Source: Enterobacteria phage mEp460. From it: DNA of 44,510 nucleotides. Position numbers and translations under genes: made by a program. The stretch lies in the sequence record NC_019716.1; one strand, 5' to 3'. Shown here in pieces: positions 19,092 to 28,319 of the stretch. Each line of letters opens with the position of its first letter. Within the stretch, counting starts at the first letter, position 1. The notes beneath the pieces were generated by a model. It saw only the letters and a program-made list of their open reading frames with translations, did not search any database and was not told the DNA's origin.

Positions 19092-22000
19092 ATGGCAGTA
19101 AAGATTTCAGGTGTACTGAAAGACGGTGCAGGTAAACCGGTACAGAACTGCACAATCCAGCTGAAAGCAAAACGTAACAGCACCACGGTGGTGGTGAACA
19201 CGGTGGCCTCCGAAAATCCGGATGAAGCCGGGCGTTACAGCATGGACGTTGAGTACGGTCAGTACAGCGTTATTCTGTTGGTGGAAGGCTTCCCGCCGTC
19301 ACATGCCGGGACCATCACCGTGTATGAAGATTCCCGACCCGGTTCGCTGAATGATTTTCTCGGTGCCATGACGGAGGATGATGCCCGTCCGGAGGCACTG
19401 CGCCGCTTTGAACTGATGGTGGAAGAGGTGGCGCATAACGCGTCCGCAGTGGCACAGAACACGGCTGCCGCAAAGAAGTCAGCCAGCGATGCCGGCACAT
19501 CTGCCCGTGAGGCGGCAACCCATGCAACCGATGCCGCAGGCTCAGCACGTGCCGCCAGCACGTCAGCCGGACAGGCTGCATCATCTGCTCAGTCAGCATC
19601 TTCCAGCGCAGGAACGGCATCAACAAAGGCCACTGAAGCATCAAAAAGTGCTGCCGCTGCAGAGTCCTCAAAAAGCGCGGCAGCCACCAGTGCCGGTGCG
19701 GCGAAAACGTCAGAAACGAATGCCGCAGCATCACAACTATCAGCAGCCACTTCTGCATCCACCGCGACCACGAAGGCGTCAGAAGCTGCCACCTCAGCCC
19801 GGGATGCGGCGGCCTCAAAAGAGGCAGCGAAATCATCAGAAACGAACGCATCATCAAGTGCCAGTAGTGCAGCTTCCTCGGCAACGGCGGCAGGAAATTC
19901 CGCGAAGGCCGCAAAAACGTCTGAGACGAATGCGGATAACAGCGCACAGGCGGCAGCAGACTCACAAACTGCATCGGCAAACTCCGCGACAGCAGCCAAA
20001 AAATCAGAAACCAACGCGAAAAATAGCGAGGCAGCAGCAAAGAGCAGCGAAACCAACGCTAAAGCCAGCGAAACTAATGCTAAATCCAGTGAAACAAACG
20101 CGGCGAAATCTGCAGCGGACGCACTTAATTATCGCAACCAGGCGCAAGGGATTGTAGGCACCAGCATCGGCCTCGGGGCATCACCGCGTGATTGTCCTGA
20201 TATTTCCGGCAACCCATCAGGGTATATCGGATTTATGCGCATTATGAGTAATGCAAAAGGCTTTCCATCGATTGCATCCGGTGAAAGCAGTCTTACGGGG
20301 TTTATTAGTCAGGTAGATGGAACACCAGCGTATACAGGTGTATTTCAGGGATGGGCTACGCGCTCGCTTTATACTTATCGCTGGAATCCGACAACAGGCC
20401 CGCAATGGACACGCCACGCTCGCAAAAATGAAGTGGACCGTCTTGACCAATGGAATAGCGAAACATGGTTATATAACCATGATAAATCCATGCGCCTGGG
20501 TTTAACCGGATCAACATGGGGGTGTTACAGCGACACACAAAAAAAATGGATACCGCTTGATGTTTCTCATGGTGGCACTGGCGCAAATAGCCTTGATGAC
20601 GCCAAAACTAATTTGCAAATCCCTGAGGGTGGATTAACAAAAGCGATGACCCTTAATGCCCCTGGTGGTGCAGTGGATGGCAAATACTACCCTGTCATAA
20701 TAGACACATCCGCAATGAATGGGAGCGGTGCTATGTTATGTCCTGTTGAAATAAAAACAGCAGGAGGTCCGGCATCAAATCCGCTTAATAGTAACTCATT
20801 TTTTGGGTTCATTCGATGTGGTGGCTGGAGTGACGTTCGCGATGTGGCTTACGGGTCATTTGTTTGCTATGAAAAAAATGAACTCGGGATACTTTGCATT
20901 AAAGCGTCGCAAAGAGATTATGCGCAGCATGTAGCTTTCTACATCCATAAAAGCGCTTTTCCTGTCGTTGTGCAAACTGGCTACAAGGCGAAAGTTAAGG
21001 TTCCAACAGAAGACTACGTAATTGGTGACAACGGGGTTAGATATAAGTTTGGTGTATCAACGTCAACGGAGGATAACGACAAGAACTTTGTTAAAAATGT
21101 TCTTGACTTCACTGGCGGTGAACATGGCTTCTACAGCAACCTTCCGTTCAGACAAGGGGTGTCAGAAAGGATTGCATTAACAAATGGCCTGAGTTTTGAC
21201 AAAAATTTTACCGTCACTATTCCTATATTTGTAAACAATGGTCAGATTAAAGCAACACAATCTTTCACCGCGTACGGTACAGACGCTTCAAACAGAACAT
21301 TTGTTTCTCAAAGATTACAATCCGAAGGAGGTCCGGTTGTCGATCAAACTGAACTAAGGGCCGCTAACGCTTCTGGTGAAATTATTGTCAGGGACATAAA
21401 TAATTCAGGGAACAGTAAGTTCTTTAATTTTAACCTTGATGGTACCTTCAGTTCTTATCAGGGATTGGTTGTTCACACAGGGCAAAACTGGAGCACTCAA
21501 CATACAGATAATGTAAATAAGTTTAAGCCAATAGCAGGGAGCGCAGGCGGTCCTGACGGAACAATGGTTGTTGGCGGATTCCATGCTCAATTTAGCGGTA
21601 ATTACGTCACACAATTCGCCGGTCGCAACTCCAAATTTTGGGCAAGAAGCTTTGAGGCTGGGGTTGATAAGGGATGGAAACGACTATTAACAGTAGACGA
21701 TCTCAATTCATCTACCGATCTTGCTGTCAGGTCATTAACCACATCTAACCCGGTAAAATCTGGCGGAGGGCGAATTGATGTCCTTGGAAGCACGTCAGAC
21801 TATAGCAAAATGGATTGCTTTGTACGTGGGTTTGATAGCACCGGTAATTCTCTCGCGTGGGCGTTGGGTTCATCAGTCGGCGTAAGTAAGATGCTGTCGC
21901 TAAAAAATTTCTTTAGCGGAGCTGAGATACTGTTAAATGGTAATGACGGCGCGGTTCAACTCAAAACAGGTGCTGTTAACGGGGCTAAAGCGCAGGCGCT

Positions 22001-22694
22001 CACTATCAACAAGGATGAGGTTAATTCAACTGTTGATTTAACTCTTACAAAACAAACAGGGACTGGCAATCGTTTTGTTTTACAGAACTTAGGTAATACA
22101 GAACTATCATTTGCCGCAAAAGTATGGGGATCAAGTGATCGACAAAACGTTTTTGAGGTTGGAACGTCTGCTGCGTATCTGTTTTATGCGCAAAAAACGT
22201 CAGCAGGCCAGTTGTTTGATGTAAATGGCGCTATTAATTGCACAACGCTGAATCAGTCATCAGACCGCGACCTTAAAGACGATATTCTCGTTATCAGCGA
22301 CGCGACGAAAGCAATCCGTAAAATGAACGGATACACCTACACGCTCAGGGAAAACGGGATGCCTTATGCTGGCGTTATTGCACAGGAAGTAATGGAGGCG
22401 ATACCAGAAGCTGTAGGATCGTTTACTCATTACGGTGAAGAGTTGCAGGGACCAACGGTTGACGGCAATGAATTACGTGAAGAAACACGTTATCTGAATG
22501 TTGACTACGCCGCCGTGACGGGGTTACTTGTTCAGGTCGCCCGTGAAACAGATGGTCGCGTTACCGCGCTGGAAGAGGAAAACATAACGCTACGTAAAAA
22601 TCTGGCAACAGCAGGCACCCGGATCAGCACTCTGGAAAATCAGGTAAGCGAACTGGTTGCACTTGTCGGGCAGTTAACAGGAAGCGAACATTGA
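19092..22694 (+). CDS. Side tail fibre protein with Ala/Ser-rich repeat tract and C-terminal intramolecular chaperone (peptidase S74-like) domain
   Basis: About 1200 aa; repeat tract at roughly 19440-20140 (KSSETNA-type repeats); C-terminal SDRDLKDDI...KMNGYTYTLRENG motif plus terminal coiled coil; ORF-track GTG start 19086, ATG 19092 preferred. Confidence 0.8.
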   Translation: MAVKISGVLKDGAGKPVQNCTIQLKAKRNSTTVVVNTVASENPDEAGRYSMDVEYGQYSVILLVEGFPPSHAGTITVYEDSRPGSLNDFLGAMTEDDARPEALRRFELMVEEVAHNASAVAQNTAAAKKSASDAGTSAREAATHATDAAGSARAASTSAGQAASSAQSASSSAGTASTKATEASKSAAAAESSKSAAATSAGAAKTSETNAAASQLSAATSASTATTKASEAATSARDAAASKEAAKSSETNASSSASSAASSATAAGNSAKAAKTSETNADNSAQAAADSQTASANSATAAKKSETNAKNSEAAAKSSETNAKASETNAKSSETNAAKSAADALNYRNQAQGIVGTSIGLGASPRDCPDISGNPSGYIGFMRIMSNAKGFPSIASGESSLTGFISQVDGTPAYTGVFQGWATRSLYTYRWNPTTGPQWTRHARKNEVDRLDQWNSETWLYNHDKSMRLGLTGSTWGCYSDTQKKWIPLDVSHGGTGANSLDDAKTNLQIPEGGLTKAMTLNAPGGAVDGKYYPVIIDTSAMNGSGAMLCPVEIKTAGGPASNPLNSNSFFGFIRCGGWSDVRDVAYGSFVCYEKNELGILCIKASQRDYAQHVAFYIHKSAFPVVVQTGYKAKVKVPTEDYVIGDNGVRYKFGVSTSTEDNDKNFVKNVLDFTGGEHGFYSNLPFRQGVSERIALTNGLSFDKNFTVTIPIFVNNGQIKATQSFTAYGTDASNRTFVSQRLQSEGGPVVDQTELRAANASGEIIVRDINNSGNSKFFNFNLDGTFSSYQGLVVHTGQNWSTQHTDNVNKFKPIAGSAGGPDGTMVVGGFHAQFSGNYVTQFAGRNSKFWARSFEAGVDKGWKRLLTVDDLNSSTDLAVRSLTTSNPVKSGGGRIDVLGSTSDYSKMDCFVRGFDSTGNSLAWALGSSVGVSKMLSLKNFFSGAEILLNGNDGAVQLKTGAVNGAKAQALTINKDEVNSTVDLTLTKQTGTGNRFVLQNLGNTELSFAAKVWGSSDRQNVFEVGTSAAYLFYAQKTSAGQLFDVNGAINCTTLNQSSDRDLKDDILVISDATKAIRKMNGYTYTLRENGMPYAGVIAQEVMEAIPEAVGSFTHYGEELQGPTVDGNELREETRYLNVDYAAVTGLLVQVARETDGRVTALEEENITLRKNLATAGTRISTLENQVSELVALVGQLTGSEH

Positions 22695-22730
22695 TATCCT
22701 TCAAGCCCTGAAGGAGGCTGTTCCTGGTAC

Positions 22731-22877
22731 GTTCAGACTGTTGTTGAGCTGGAAATCGCAACGGAGGAAGAAACTTCGTTGCTGGAAGTCTGGAAAAAGT
22801 ATCGGGTGTTGCTGAACCGTGTTGATACATCAACTGCACCTGATATTGAGTGGCTGGAAGAACCAAACACAATGTAA
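22731..22877 (+). pseudogene. 3' remnant of a tail fibre assembly (tfa) gene, no start codon, in frame with stf after its stop
   Basis: Translation [48 protein letters not shown] resembles Tfa C-termini; reading frame continues directly from the stf TGA at 22692-22694. Confidence 0.5.
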
Positions 22878-22880
22878 GCG

Positions 22881-22924
22881 AAAAAGAAAAACCGCAGACA
22901 CGACGTATGCAGGACGTGCTGCGG
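22881..22924 (-). terminator. Intrinsic terminator for the leftward dinI/int transcript
   Basis: Imperfect hairpin CCGCAGACACG...CGTGCTGCGG with a T-run on the minus strand (plus-strand AAAAAGAAAA). Confidence 0.45.
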
Positions 22925-22992
22925 TTGGCTGGTGAGCTTTCGATAGTGCGAGTATTGAATGATTTCCAGCCGTTACCGATTTTACGTGTTAA

Positions 22993-23241
22993 TTAGTGAA
23001 CAAACCACTCGTCAGCAGATTCCCAGGTATCTTTCAGAGTCTCCTGAACAAAAGTTTTTGCAGAATCCTTATCTGCGGTGCGTGTAACAGAAAGGCCATC
23101 GTTGCTGGTGGCTTTTACGATCACCTCTACATCGTCATAACGTTTACTGATGCGTCGGGTTAATTCTTCCTTTAACGCATCCACAGCACCGGTTGGCATT
23201 TTAGTCATTTTTTCTTTGGCTATGCAGATTTCAATACGCAT
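22993..23241 (-). CDS. DinI-like SOS-inducible protein
   Basis: 82 aa with DinI family pattern (MRIE...ELTRRI...[14 protein letters not shown]). Confidence 0.8.
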   Translation of the reverse strand: MRIEICIAKEKMTKMPTGAVDALKEELTRRISKRYDDVEVIVKATSNDGLSVTRTADKDSAKTFVQETLKDTWESADEWFVH

Positions 23242-23254
23242 AAAAGTCCCTCTA

Positions 23255-23274
23255 TACTGTGTTTGTATACAGTA
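23255..23274. promoter_or_regulatory. LexA (SOS) box 1 upstream of the dinI-like gene
   Basis: TACTGTGTTTGTATACAGTA matches the CTGT-N8-ACAG consensus, 14 nt upstream of the dinI-like start. Confidence 0.65.
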
Positions 23275-23282
23275 TTATTTTT

Positions 23283-23302
23283 AACTGTATGGATAAACAG
23301 TG
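23283..23302. promoter_or_regulatory. LexA (SOS) box 2
   Basis: AACTGTATGGATAAACAGTG, a second CTGT-N8-ACAG motif 9 bp from box 1, abutting the int stop codon. Confidence 0.5.
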
Positions 23303-24400
23303 TCAAGAGGTCTTATTTCTGCTCCTTTGGAGCTCTTCAAAACGATTATGTAAAGATTTCGGATACAGTTCGGTATATACCTGCCATAGCACGTTTAATG
23401 AACGATGCCCTGTAACCTGGGCGACTTCCTCAATACTAAAACCAGCCTCAAATAAGCGACTTGCCCCTCCTCTACGCAAATCATGGTATCGCAGATCTTT
23501 AATACCTAATTTGCTTCTTACCCTCTGGAATCCCGCAGTAACAGAAGTGCTGTTATATGGAAAAATGAATTCCGATTTTTGGGGCTGTCGTTGGGCGATA
23601 TCCCAGGCTTCCCCAAGCAAGGCTACTTTCATGTGGTTGCCTTCCTTTTTGCGTGGATCTTTCCTGTCTCTTACGAGTATAGATTTTTGTTCCTGGTCGA
23701 GATCTTCCCATCGTAACCGGCATACTTCTCCGATTCGCATACAGGACCACACAGAAAATTTGAGGATATCAACGAACGGAATTTTTGAGCATTTATGAGT
23801 AGATCGTTGTTGAAGGCCTTCAATGAGCATGTCCAGTTCATCAGATGCTGGTCTACGATTACGACGGTTTGATTTTCCAATCAAACCAAGTTTAAGTAGA
23901 TATGGACGAGCACTTTTCGCCGGGTTTGATGTGTAATTAATTCCGTATACAGGTTTGGCCGCATCCAGAACACTGCCAAGATAACTAACATCGTGGCTGA
24001 CTGTTGCTGGACCTGCGCCAGCGTTGTTTCTTAGCCTGCAATGTTCAATTACGTCATTTTCTGTCAGTTCAGATAGTTTGATCGCGGAGATGTCACTATC
24101 CATAAGCAGTTCTAGCACATATCTTTTAGTACGGCCTGCTTTACCTCCGGCATTTGGGTCATTTAAATATTTGTGTAGTAAGTCACGGACTGTAAGTCCG
24201 TCAACTGCATTTGATGATGGAATGCCATATAGATCTAATTCCATCACTTTCTGTGTGCCCCATGTTTTGGCATGAGCATGTTTAGGGAATGTTTTGCTTT
24301 CCCTGTAAGTGATAACACCTTTTTCATTGATAATCACATTACAGCGATAGCGTGGTGTGCCAACGGATTTTAGTCGTTTCTCTATGTTATAGTACGCCAT
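23303..24400 (-). CDS. int: Tyrosine integrase (site-specific recombinase)
   Basis: 365 aa; C-terminal catalytic-type region (HDLRRGGASRL...GHRSLNVLWQVY) typical of phage integrases. Confidence 0.9.
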   Translation of the reverse strand: MAYYNIEKRLKSVGTPRYRCNVIINEKGVITYRESKTFPKHAHAKTWGTQKVMELDLYGIPSSNAVDGLTVRDLLHKYLNDPNAGGKAGRTKRYVLELLMDSDISAIKLSELTENDVIEHCRLRNNAGAGPATVSHDVSYLGSVLDAAKPVYGINYTSNPAKSARPYLLKLGLIGKSNRRNRRPASDELDMLIEGLQQRSTHKCSKIPFVDILKFSVWSCMRIGEVCRLRWEDLDQEQKSILVRDRKDPRKKEGNHMKVALLGEAWDIAQRQPQKSEFIFPYNSTSVTAGFQRVRSKLGIKDLRYHDLRRGGASRLFEAGFSIEEVAQVTGHRSLNVLWQVYTELYPKSLHNRFEELQRSRNKTS

Positions 24401-24701
24401 TACACGACCTCGTTATTTCGGGTTCCCATAAAACGTGGGAACCTGTGCGGGAACCTAACGCGAGAAAAATAGCCTGAAATGTTCAAAAATGCACGATAAT
24501 CCTGAAATACAGAAAACTAATCAAACCAGCGTGATGCCTGAAAAAACTGGCGCTTACTGGAGTTCTCGGTTTAGCATTGCTCCTATGCTCGATAGGATGT
24601 ACCGTTTTTGAAAAACAAATAGTTATATACTTTGTGGGAGCCTATTGGGAACCCGGCGTTTTCATTTCAAGGTGTAATCCATACGCGGCTTAAGAATGAG
24701 A

Positions 24702-24707
24702 TATAAT
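24702..24707 (+). promoter_or_regulatory. Putative -10 hexamer (TATAAT) for the GNAT-like moron gene
   Basis: Perfect TATAAT 30 nt upstream of ATG 24737, GAGAGG SD in between; -35 not clear. Confidence 0.35.
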
Positions 24708-24736
24708 GCGACTTTTAGTGTTCCGCTTGAGAGGCC

Positions 24737-25273
24737 ATGATGCTTACCCTGGACGAGATAGGTCAATCAGTACGTAACAATATCCAGTTGATTATTGATC
24801 ATGTCGGCTTACCTCTTGCTGTTGGTCCGCTCAGTGATGATGATTACAAGATTCTGTGTGGTGGCTATGGTGAGCTTGAATGGGACTATGCGTTAAGTAC
24901 CTATGGCAACTCCAGAGAAAAGTATGAGTTCTGCATAAAACTTGTTCAGCAAGGTCGGGTTCAGGGAATACCATCAGGAGCAGCAATTTGTGTTTATGGG
25001 GTTGAAGAAAACATCTTTCGTATCCATATGATCGAAAGGTTTTCTAGAGAAGATGAATCTCACCCATTGAAAGGGCGCATGGTTTTACTCACTCTTATGA
25101 GTGCTTTTATATTTTGTAAAGCTGTTGAATGTAAAGTTGTCCACATTGTAGAGCCAGTACCAGAACTGGTGCAGTATTACGAGTCTTTTGGTTTCCGCAT
25201 GGAACAGTGCGGTTATGTGATGTCGGCAGTCATTGATGAGCTGCAGGATATCTTTCTTAAATTTGCTCAGTAG
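24737..25273 (+). CDS. GNAT-fold (acetyltransferase-like) protein, putative; moron
   Basis: 178 aa; C-terminal YYESFGF motif and preceding hydrophobic strand suggest a GNAT fold; opposite strand to int and xis; GC visibly lower than neighbours. Confidence 0.45.
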   Translation: MMLTLDEIGQSVRNNIQLIIDHVGLPLAVGPLSDDDYKILCGGYGELEWDYALSTYGNSREKYEFCIKLVQQGRVQGIPSGAAICVYGVEENIFRIHMIERFSREDESHPLKGRMVLLTLMSAFIFCKAVECKVVHIVEPVPELVQYYESFGFRMEQCGYVMSAVIDELQDIFLKFAQ

Positions 25274-25469
25274 GTATAGACGAGAAGGGTCTACAAATTG
25301 TAGGATACCCGTCCAGATTACCTTAAAGGTACATCTATGGCAGTCGTTTTGTGCTTAAACTACTAAGAAACGATGTCACCAATCGACATGATCGATTGGC
25401 ATAAGTTAGCGAAACAAGCTAGCTTTAAAGAAAGGGTTAGAGACGCCTTTACTGTCTCGGGAGTTTTCT

Positions 25470-25643
25470 ATGAAAGATCAAAAAGCAACCAAGCCACAGG
25501 TTAAGTTCGACACAATGAAAGCATTCGCAGGTATGGGTGCTGCTGTTGAAGTTCTGATGAAGGCTGCTCCTAATGCGTTCACTCACGCTACTGTCTCTGG
25601 TAAAGAGCAGCAGGGTAAACTTCGTCGTCGCAAAGCAGCATGA
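25470..25643 (+). CDS. Small basic hypothetical protein (57 aa), not in ORF track
   Basis: ATG with GGGAG SD; ends in KLRRRKAA; perfect 8-bp inverted repeat CCAATCGA-N5-TCGATTGG about 85 nt upstream; followed by terminator. Confidence 0.35.
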   Translation: MKDQKATKPQVKFDTMKAFAGMGAAVEVLMKAAPNAFTHATVSGKEQQGKLRRRKAA

Positions 25644-25663
25644 TCATAGCTGGTGCTTTTTGA

Positions 25664-25689
25664 AAACCCGCCTTCAGGCGGGTTTTTAC
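25664..25689. terminator. Bidirectional-looking intrinsic terminator between the moron cassette and the xis-like gene
   Basis: AAACCCGCC-TTCA-GGCGGGTTT hairpin with AAAA upstream and TTTT downstream. Confidence 0.7.
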
Positions 25690-25690
25690 T

Positions 25691-25999
25691 TTAGTGATGT
25701 TCTTTGTCCTTCTGTTTGACTGTTCTGACCTGTTCCCACTCAGCACGCCCTTCTTCTCGCCTTTTGTCTATGTATTCCGCAAGATCCTGAATATTGATGC
25801 AACGTTTTGCTTTTTGTGATGTGCCGATGCGATATGTTGGAACGGGCAACTTACAAGCGTTTGCTTTTGCTTCTGCCGTGGCTGGACTCATGCCAAAGTA
25901 CTTTTGGCTAACTGCTGAGAGTTCAATGTTTGGGGTATTGAATTCAGCCATCAGTAAAAACAAGGTGTTCATAATTTTCTCCATCAAAACCGGCTGCAC
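25691..25999 (-). CDS. PrtN/excisionase-like DNA-binding protein (putative Xis)
   Basis: Pattern FLLMAEF...YFGMSPATA...LPVPTYRIG.SQKA...IQDLAEYIDKRR typical of PrtN-like prophage regulators; probable start at internal ATG 25972. Confidence 0.6.
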   Translation of the reverse strand: MQPVLMEKIMNTLFLLMAEFNTPNIELSAVSQKYFGMSPATAEAKANACKLPVPTYRIGTSQKAKRCINIQDLAEYIDKRREEGRAEWEQVRTVKQKDKEHH

Positions 26000-26008
26000 C
26001 CGGGAAAA

Positions 26009-26584
26009 TCATAATTCTGTGCTGGTGGCAGGAATTAATTTCTGCCAGATAGCGGAAACATATTTTGCCTGATGACGGGCATCGGCCAGGGCGTTGTGCC
26101 GTTCGCCATCGAAAGGCATGTCCATTTTGGGGTCGAATCCGATGGAACGCCCAAGCGTAACGATCGTGCGTACATCGTGGTCATTCCAGTATGCCCACGG
26201 GCAGATTTGTCCTGCTCGCTCATAAGCTCCACGTAAAATTACGTTGTCGAAGGTGGCCCCGTTACCCCAGACTTTTAAATATTTCGTATTGGCTGCGTGC
26301 CGGTTAATGAAATGATTTAGTTCTGAGAGAGCATCGCTGATCGACAAAGTATCATCAATACAGATTGCAGCTCGTGCTTCAGGGCTTTGTTTCAACCACC
26401 ACAGGATGGTATCGCCGTCAGGTGTAGCTCCTTGCCCCATAGCACTTTCCAGGCTAACAACCGTATAGAATTCTTGTCCGATGTCTCCGGTTTCTGGAGT
26501 GAAGAACACCGCGCCAATGGAAACGATCGGTGCATCCTTATTTTTCCCCATCGTCTCAAGGTCGATCATTAAGTTGTTCATCAC
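26009..26584 (-). CDS. DnaQ-like 3'-5' exonuclease (DEDDh)
   Basis: IDLETMG, WGNGATFDN and HNALADA exonuclease motifs in order. Confidence 0.75.
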   Translation of the reverse strand: MMNNLMIDLETMGKNKDAPIVSIGAVFFTPETGDIGQEFYTVVSLESAMGQGATPDGDTILWWLKQSPEARAAICIDDTLSISDALSELNHFINRHAANTKYLKVWGNGATFDNVILRGAYERAGQICPWAYWNDHDVRTIVTLGRSIGFDPKMDMPFDGERHNALADARHQAKYVSAIWQKLIPATSTEL

Positions 26585-27333
26585 TTCACCTCCTGCGGCG
26601 GTTCCGGTAGCGGCATCCAGTGAGTTGCTTGCTCAATACCATTACCCGGCTTAATCGTTGCATCTCCTCTCCGAAAGGTGCTTCCGGTATAGCGTGCGGA
26701 GCATATTAGCGGTTCAACCAGAGAGCTATCGAAATTCACCGAAATAAGCACGTTCTGGCCCTTTTCAGGCATTCGATCACTACAGCTTATCCAACTATCC
26801 GGAGTTCCCGGAGAGTTGCCATTTACATCGAAGTTTGGCTCTGCGTCCTGAACCAGGAGGATGTAACCATTCTTGGCCGTATCAAGTTCTAACGCCTCGG
26901 TGACGGTGCCGAAATAGCGATTACCTAAATCAGCATCACAAGTGCTAACATCAATGGAAACTTCCATGCCTTCGATTAATTCTGGCAAGTTGTAAGTTTG
27001 GTTTACAGGTTGGCCTCCCTGAAGCATGGCGGCGCGGTGACACCAGATAATCCAGCCAAGCGCCATATCCCATGCCATGTATTCTCTATCACCATTTTTT
27101 GCCCTGCGGCGATCTACAGATTCCCCGAAACGCTTCTCCATAAATAATTCATAGGCTGCCCGTTCATCCGATACTGCTGCCAGCGATGCCAGTGCAATTT
27201 TAAATGCGGTAAGTATGTTGTTAACCTGACCTATTTCGAATGCTATTTCACTACATACAAACGATTTATCGTCTATTATCGACTCAATTCCGGTAATCGT
27301 GTTCTGTAACCATTCTTTGGTAATAGTATTCAT
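26581..27333 (-). CDS. DUF551-domain protein
   Basis: C-terminal W.S..DR.PE...THWMPLPEPP signature; overlapping stop/start with neighbours. Confidence 0.55.
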   Translation of the reverse strand: MNTITKEWLQNTITGIESIIDDKSFVCSEIAFEIGQVNNILTAFKIALASLAAVSDERAAYELFMEKRFGESVDRRRAKNGDREYMAWDMALGWIIWCHRAAMLQGGQPVNQTYNLPELIEGMEVSIDVSTCDADLGNRYFGTVTEALELDTAKNGYILLVQDAEPNFDVNGNSPGTPDSWISCSDRMPEKGQNVLISVNFDSSLVEPLICSARYTGSTFRRGDATIKPGNGIEQATHWMPLPEPPQEVK

Positions 27334-27335
27334 AA

Positions 27336-27527
27336 CTATTTCACCTTAATCTCAACATTTCGCAGCTTTAGCTCTACTGGCAGGTCTGACTTTCCTGTTA
27401 ATGCTAATGCGAGATTTTCAGGAGTAATGAGAGCAGTTATTGTTTTCCCCCTCGCCAGACGAATAATCATTCGTATCTCGCAATCGTCACATGCTCCCGG
27501 TCGAACAATTGAGATTTGTCCGTTCAT
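27336..27527 (-). CDS. Hypothetical small protein
   Basis: 63-aa ORF tightly packed within the early-left operon. Confidence 0.35.
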   Translation of the reverse strand: MNGQISIVRPGACDDCEIRMIIRLARGKTITALITPENLALALTGKSDLPVELKLRNVEIKVK

Positions 27528-27528
27528 C

Positions 27529-28083
27529 TCACTTCCCCTTCACACCAATGTTGGCGGCGGCGCGATCGGCTTCACTTTGTTCCCAAAACCACTTGTGAAG
27601 CGCCATAAGCTTTTCGTCAATCGGTGCATATTTGCGATTAAAGTAGGCCTGAGCATCTTTCTCAGATTCGTCCGGTAATTCGCCAGGGCCAAACAGTGTG
27701 TTATAAATCCATGCCAGTCCGCTCTTAGCGTCGCCAGTTGCCTGCCATTCGATAATGGCAGCCTGCATGACCAGAATGTTTTTCCCGATTAATAGGTCCA
27801 GTTCTTTGTACCGGTTGCGGATGTATGCATTCTCGCTTTGTAATTCAGCGTTTCGCTTCTCTGCTGCTTCCAGCTCATCCAGCAGCGCCAAGACGGTGGC
27901 AGGATTGGCGGCGGCTATGAATCGTTTATTGGCGCGATTATCTGGTCCTGAGCATGATGCTATGTAGTAATTGGCGTTCAGTCCGGCATCGGCAATTACT
28001 CCATGGTAGTCATCAGCACACCATTCGCCTGGTGTTGCATTTTCTGCCGCCAGTCGCAGAGCCTGATAGTTAATCTCGCTCAC
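27529..28083 (-). CDS. Ead/Ea22-like protein
   Basis: 184 aa, coiled-coil centre, resembles Ea22 family of the lambdoid b/early-left region. Confidence 0.55.
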   Translation of the reverse strand: MSEINYQALRLAAENATPGEWCADDYHGVIADAGLNANYYIASCSGPDNRANKRFIAAANPATVLALLDELEAAEKRNAELQSENAYIRNRYKELDLLIGKNILVMQAAIIEWQATGDAKSGLAWIYNTLFGPGELPDESEKDAQAYFNRKYAPIDEKLMALHKWFWEQSEADRAAANIGVKGK

Positions 28084-28319
28084 TGGTTGCCTCCTTTACG
28101 GATCTGCGCTGCGATGCGCGAAAAAAAAGACTCCCGCGTATGACTGTTAAGAGCTGGCGCGAACGCTGCGTTAAGAACGGCAGCATCACAGCCGTCATCG
28201 ATATAGAGCGCAATTTTTTTCTCCAGGCGCGCTTTGGCTTCCTGCAACTGCATACCCCGGCACGCACGCGGGATATACTCAGCAATTTGAGCGATAGATT
28301 TTTCGTTCTTTTTAAACAT
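28080..28319 (-). CDS. Hypothetical protein
   Basis: 79-aa ORF, 4-nt overlap with downstream gene. Confidence 0.4.
   Translation of the reverse strand: MFKKNEKSIAQIAEYIPRACRGMQLQEAKARLEKKIALYIDDGCDAAVLNAAFAPALNSHTRESFFSRIAAQIRKGGNQ

Noticed and set aside
19259-20157. Several overlapping ORFs on both strands inside the side tail fibre repeat tract
   Set aside because: Low-complexity Ala/Ser-coding DNA produces spurious open frames; the stf frame is continuous through a recognisable C-terminal domain.
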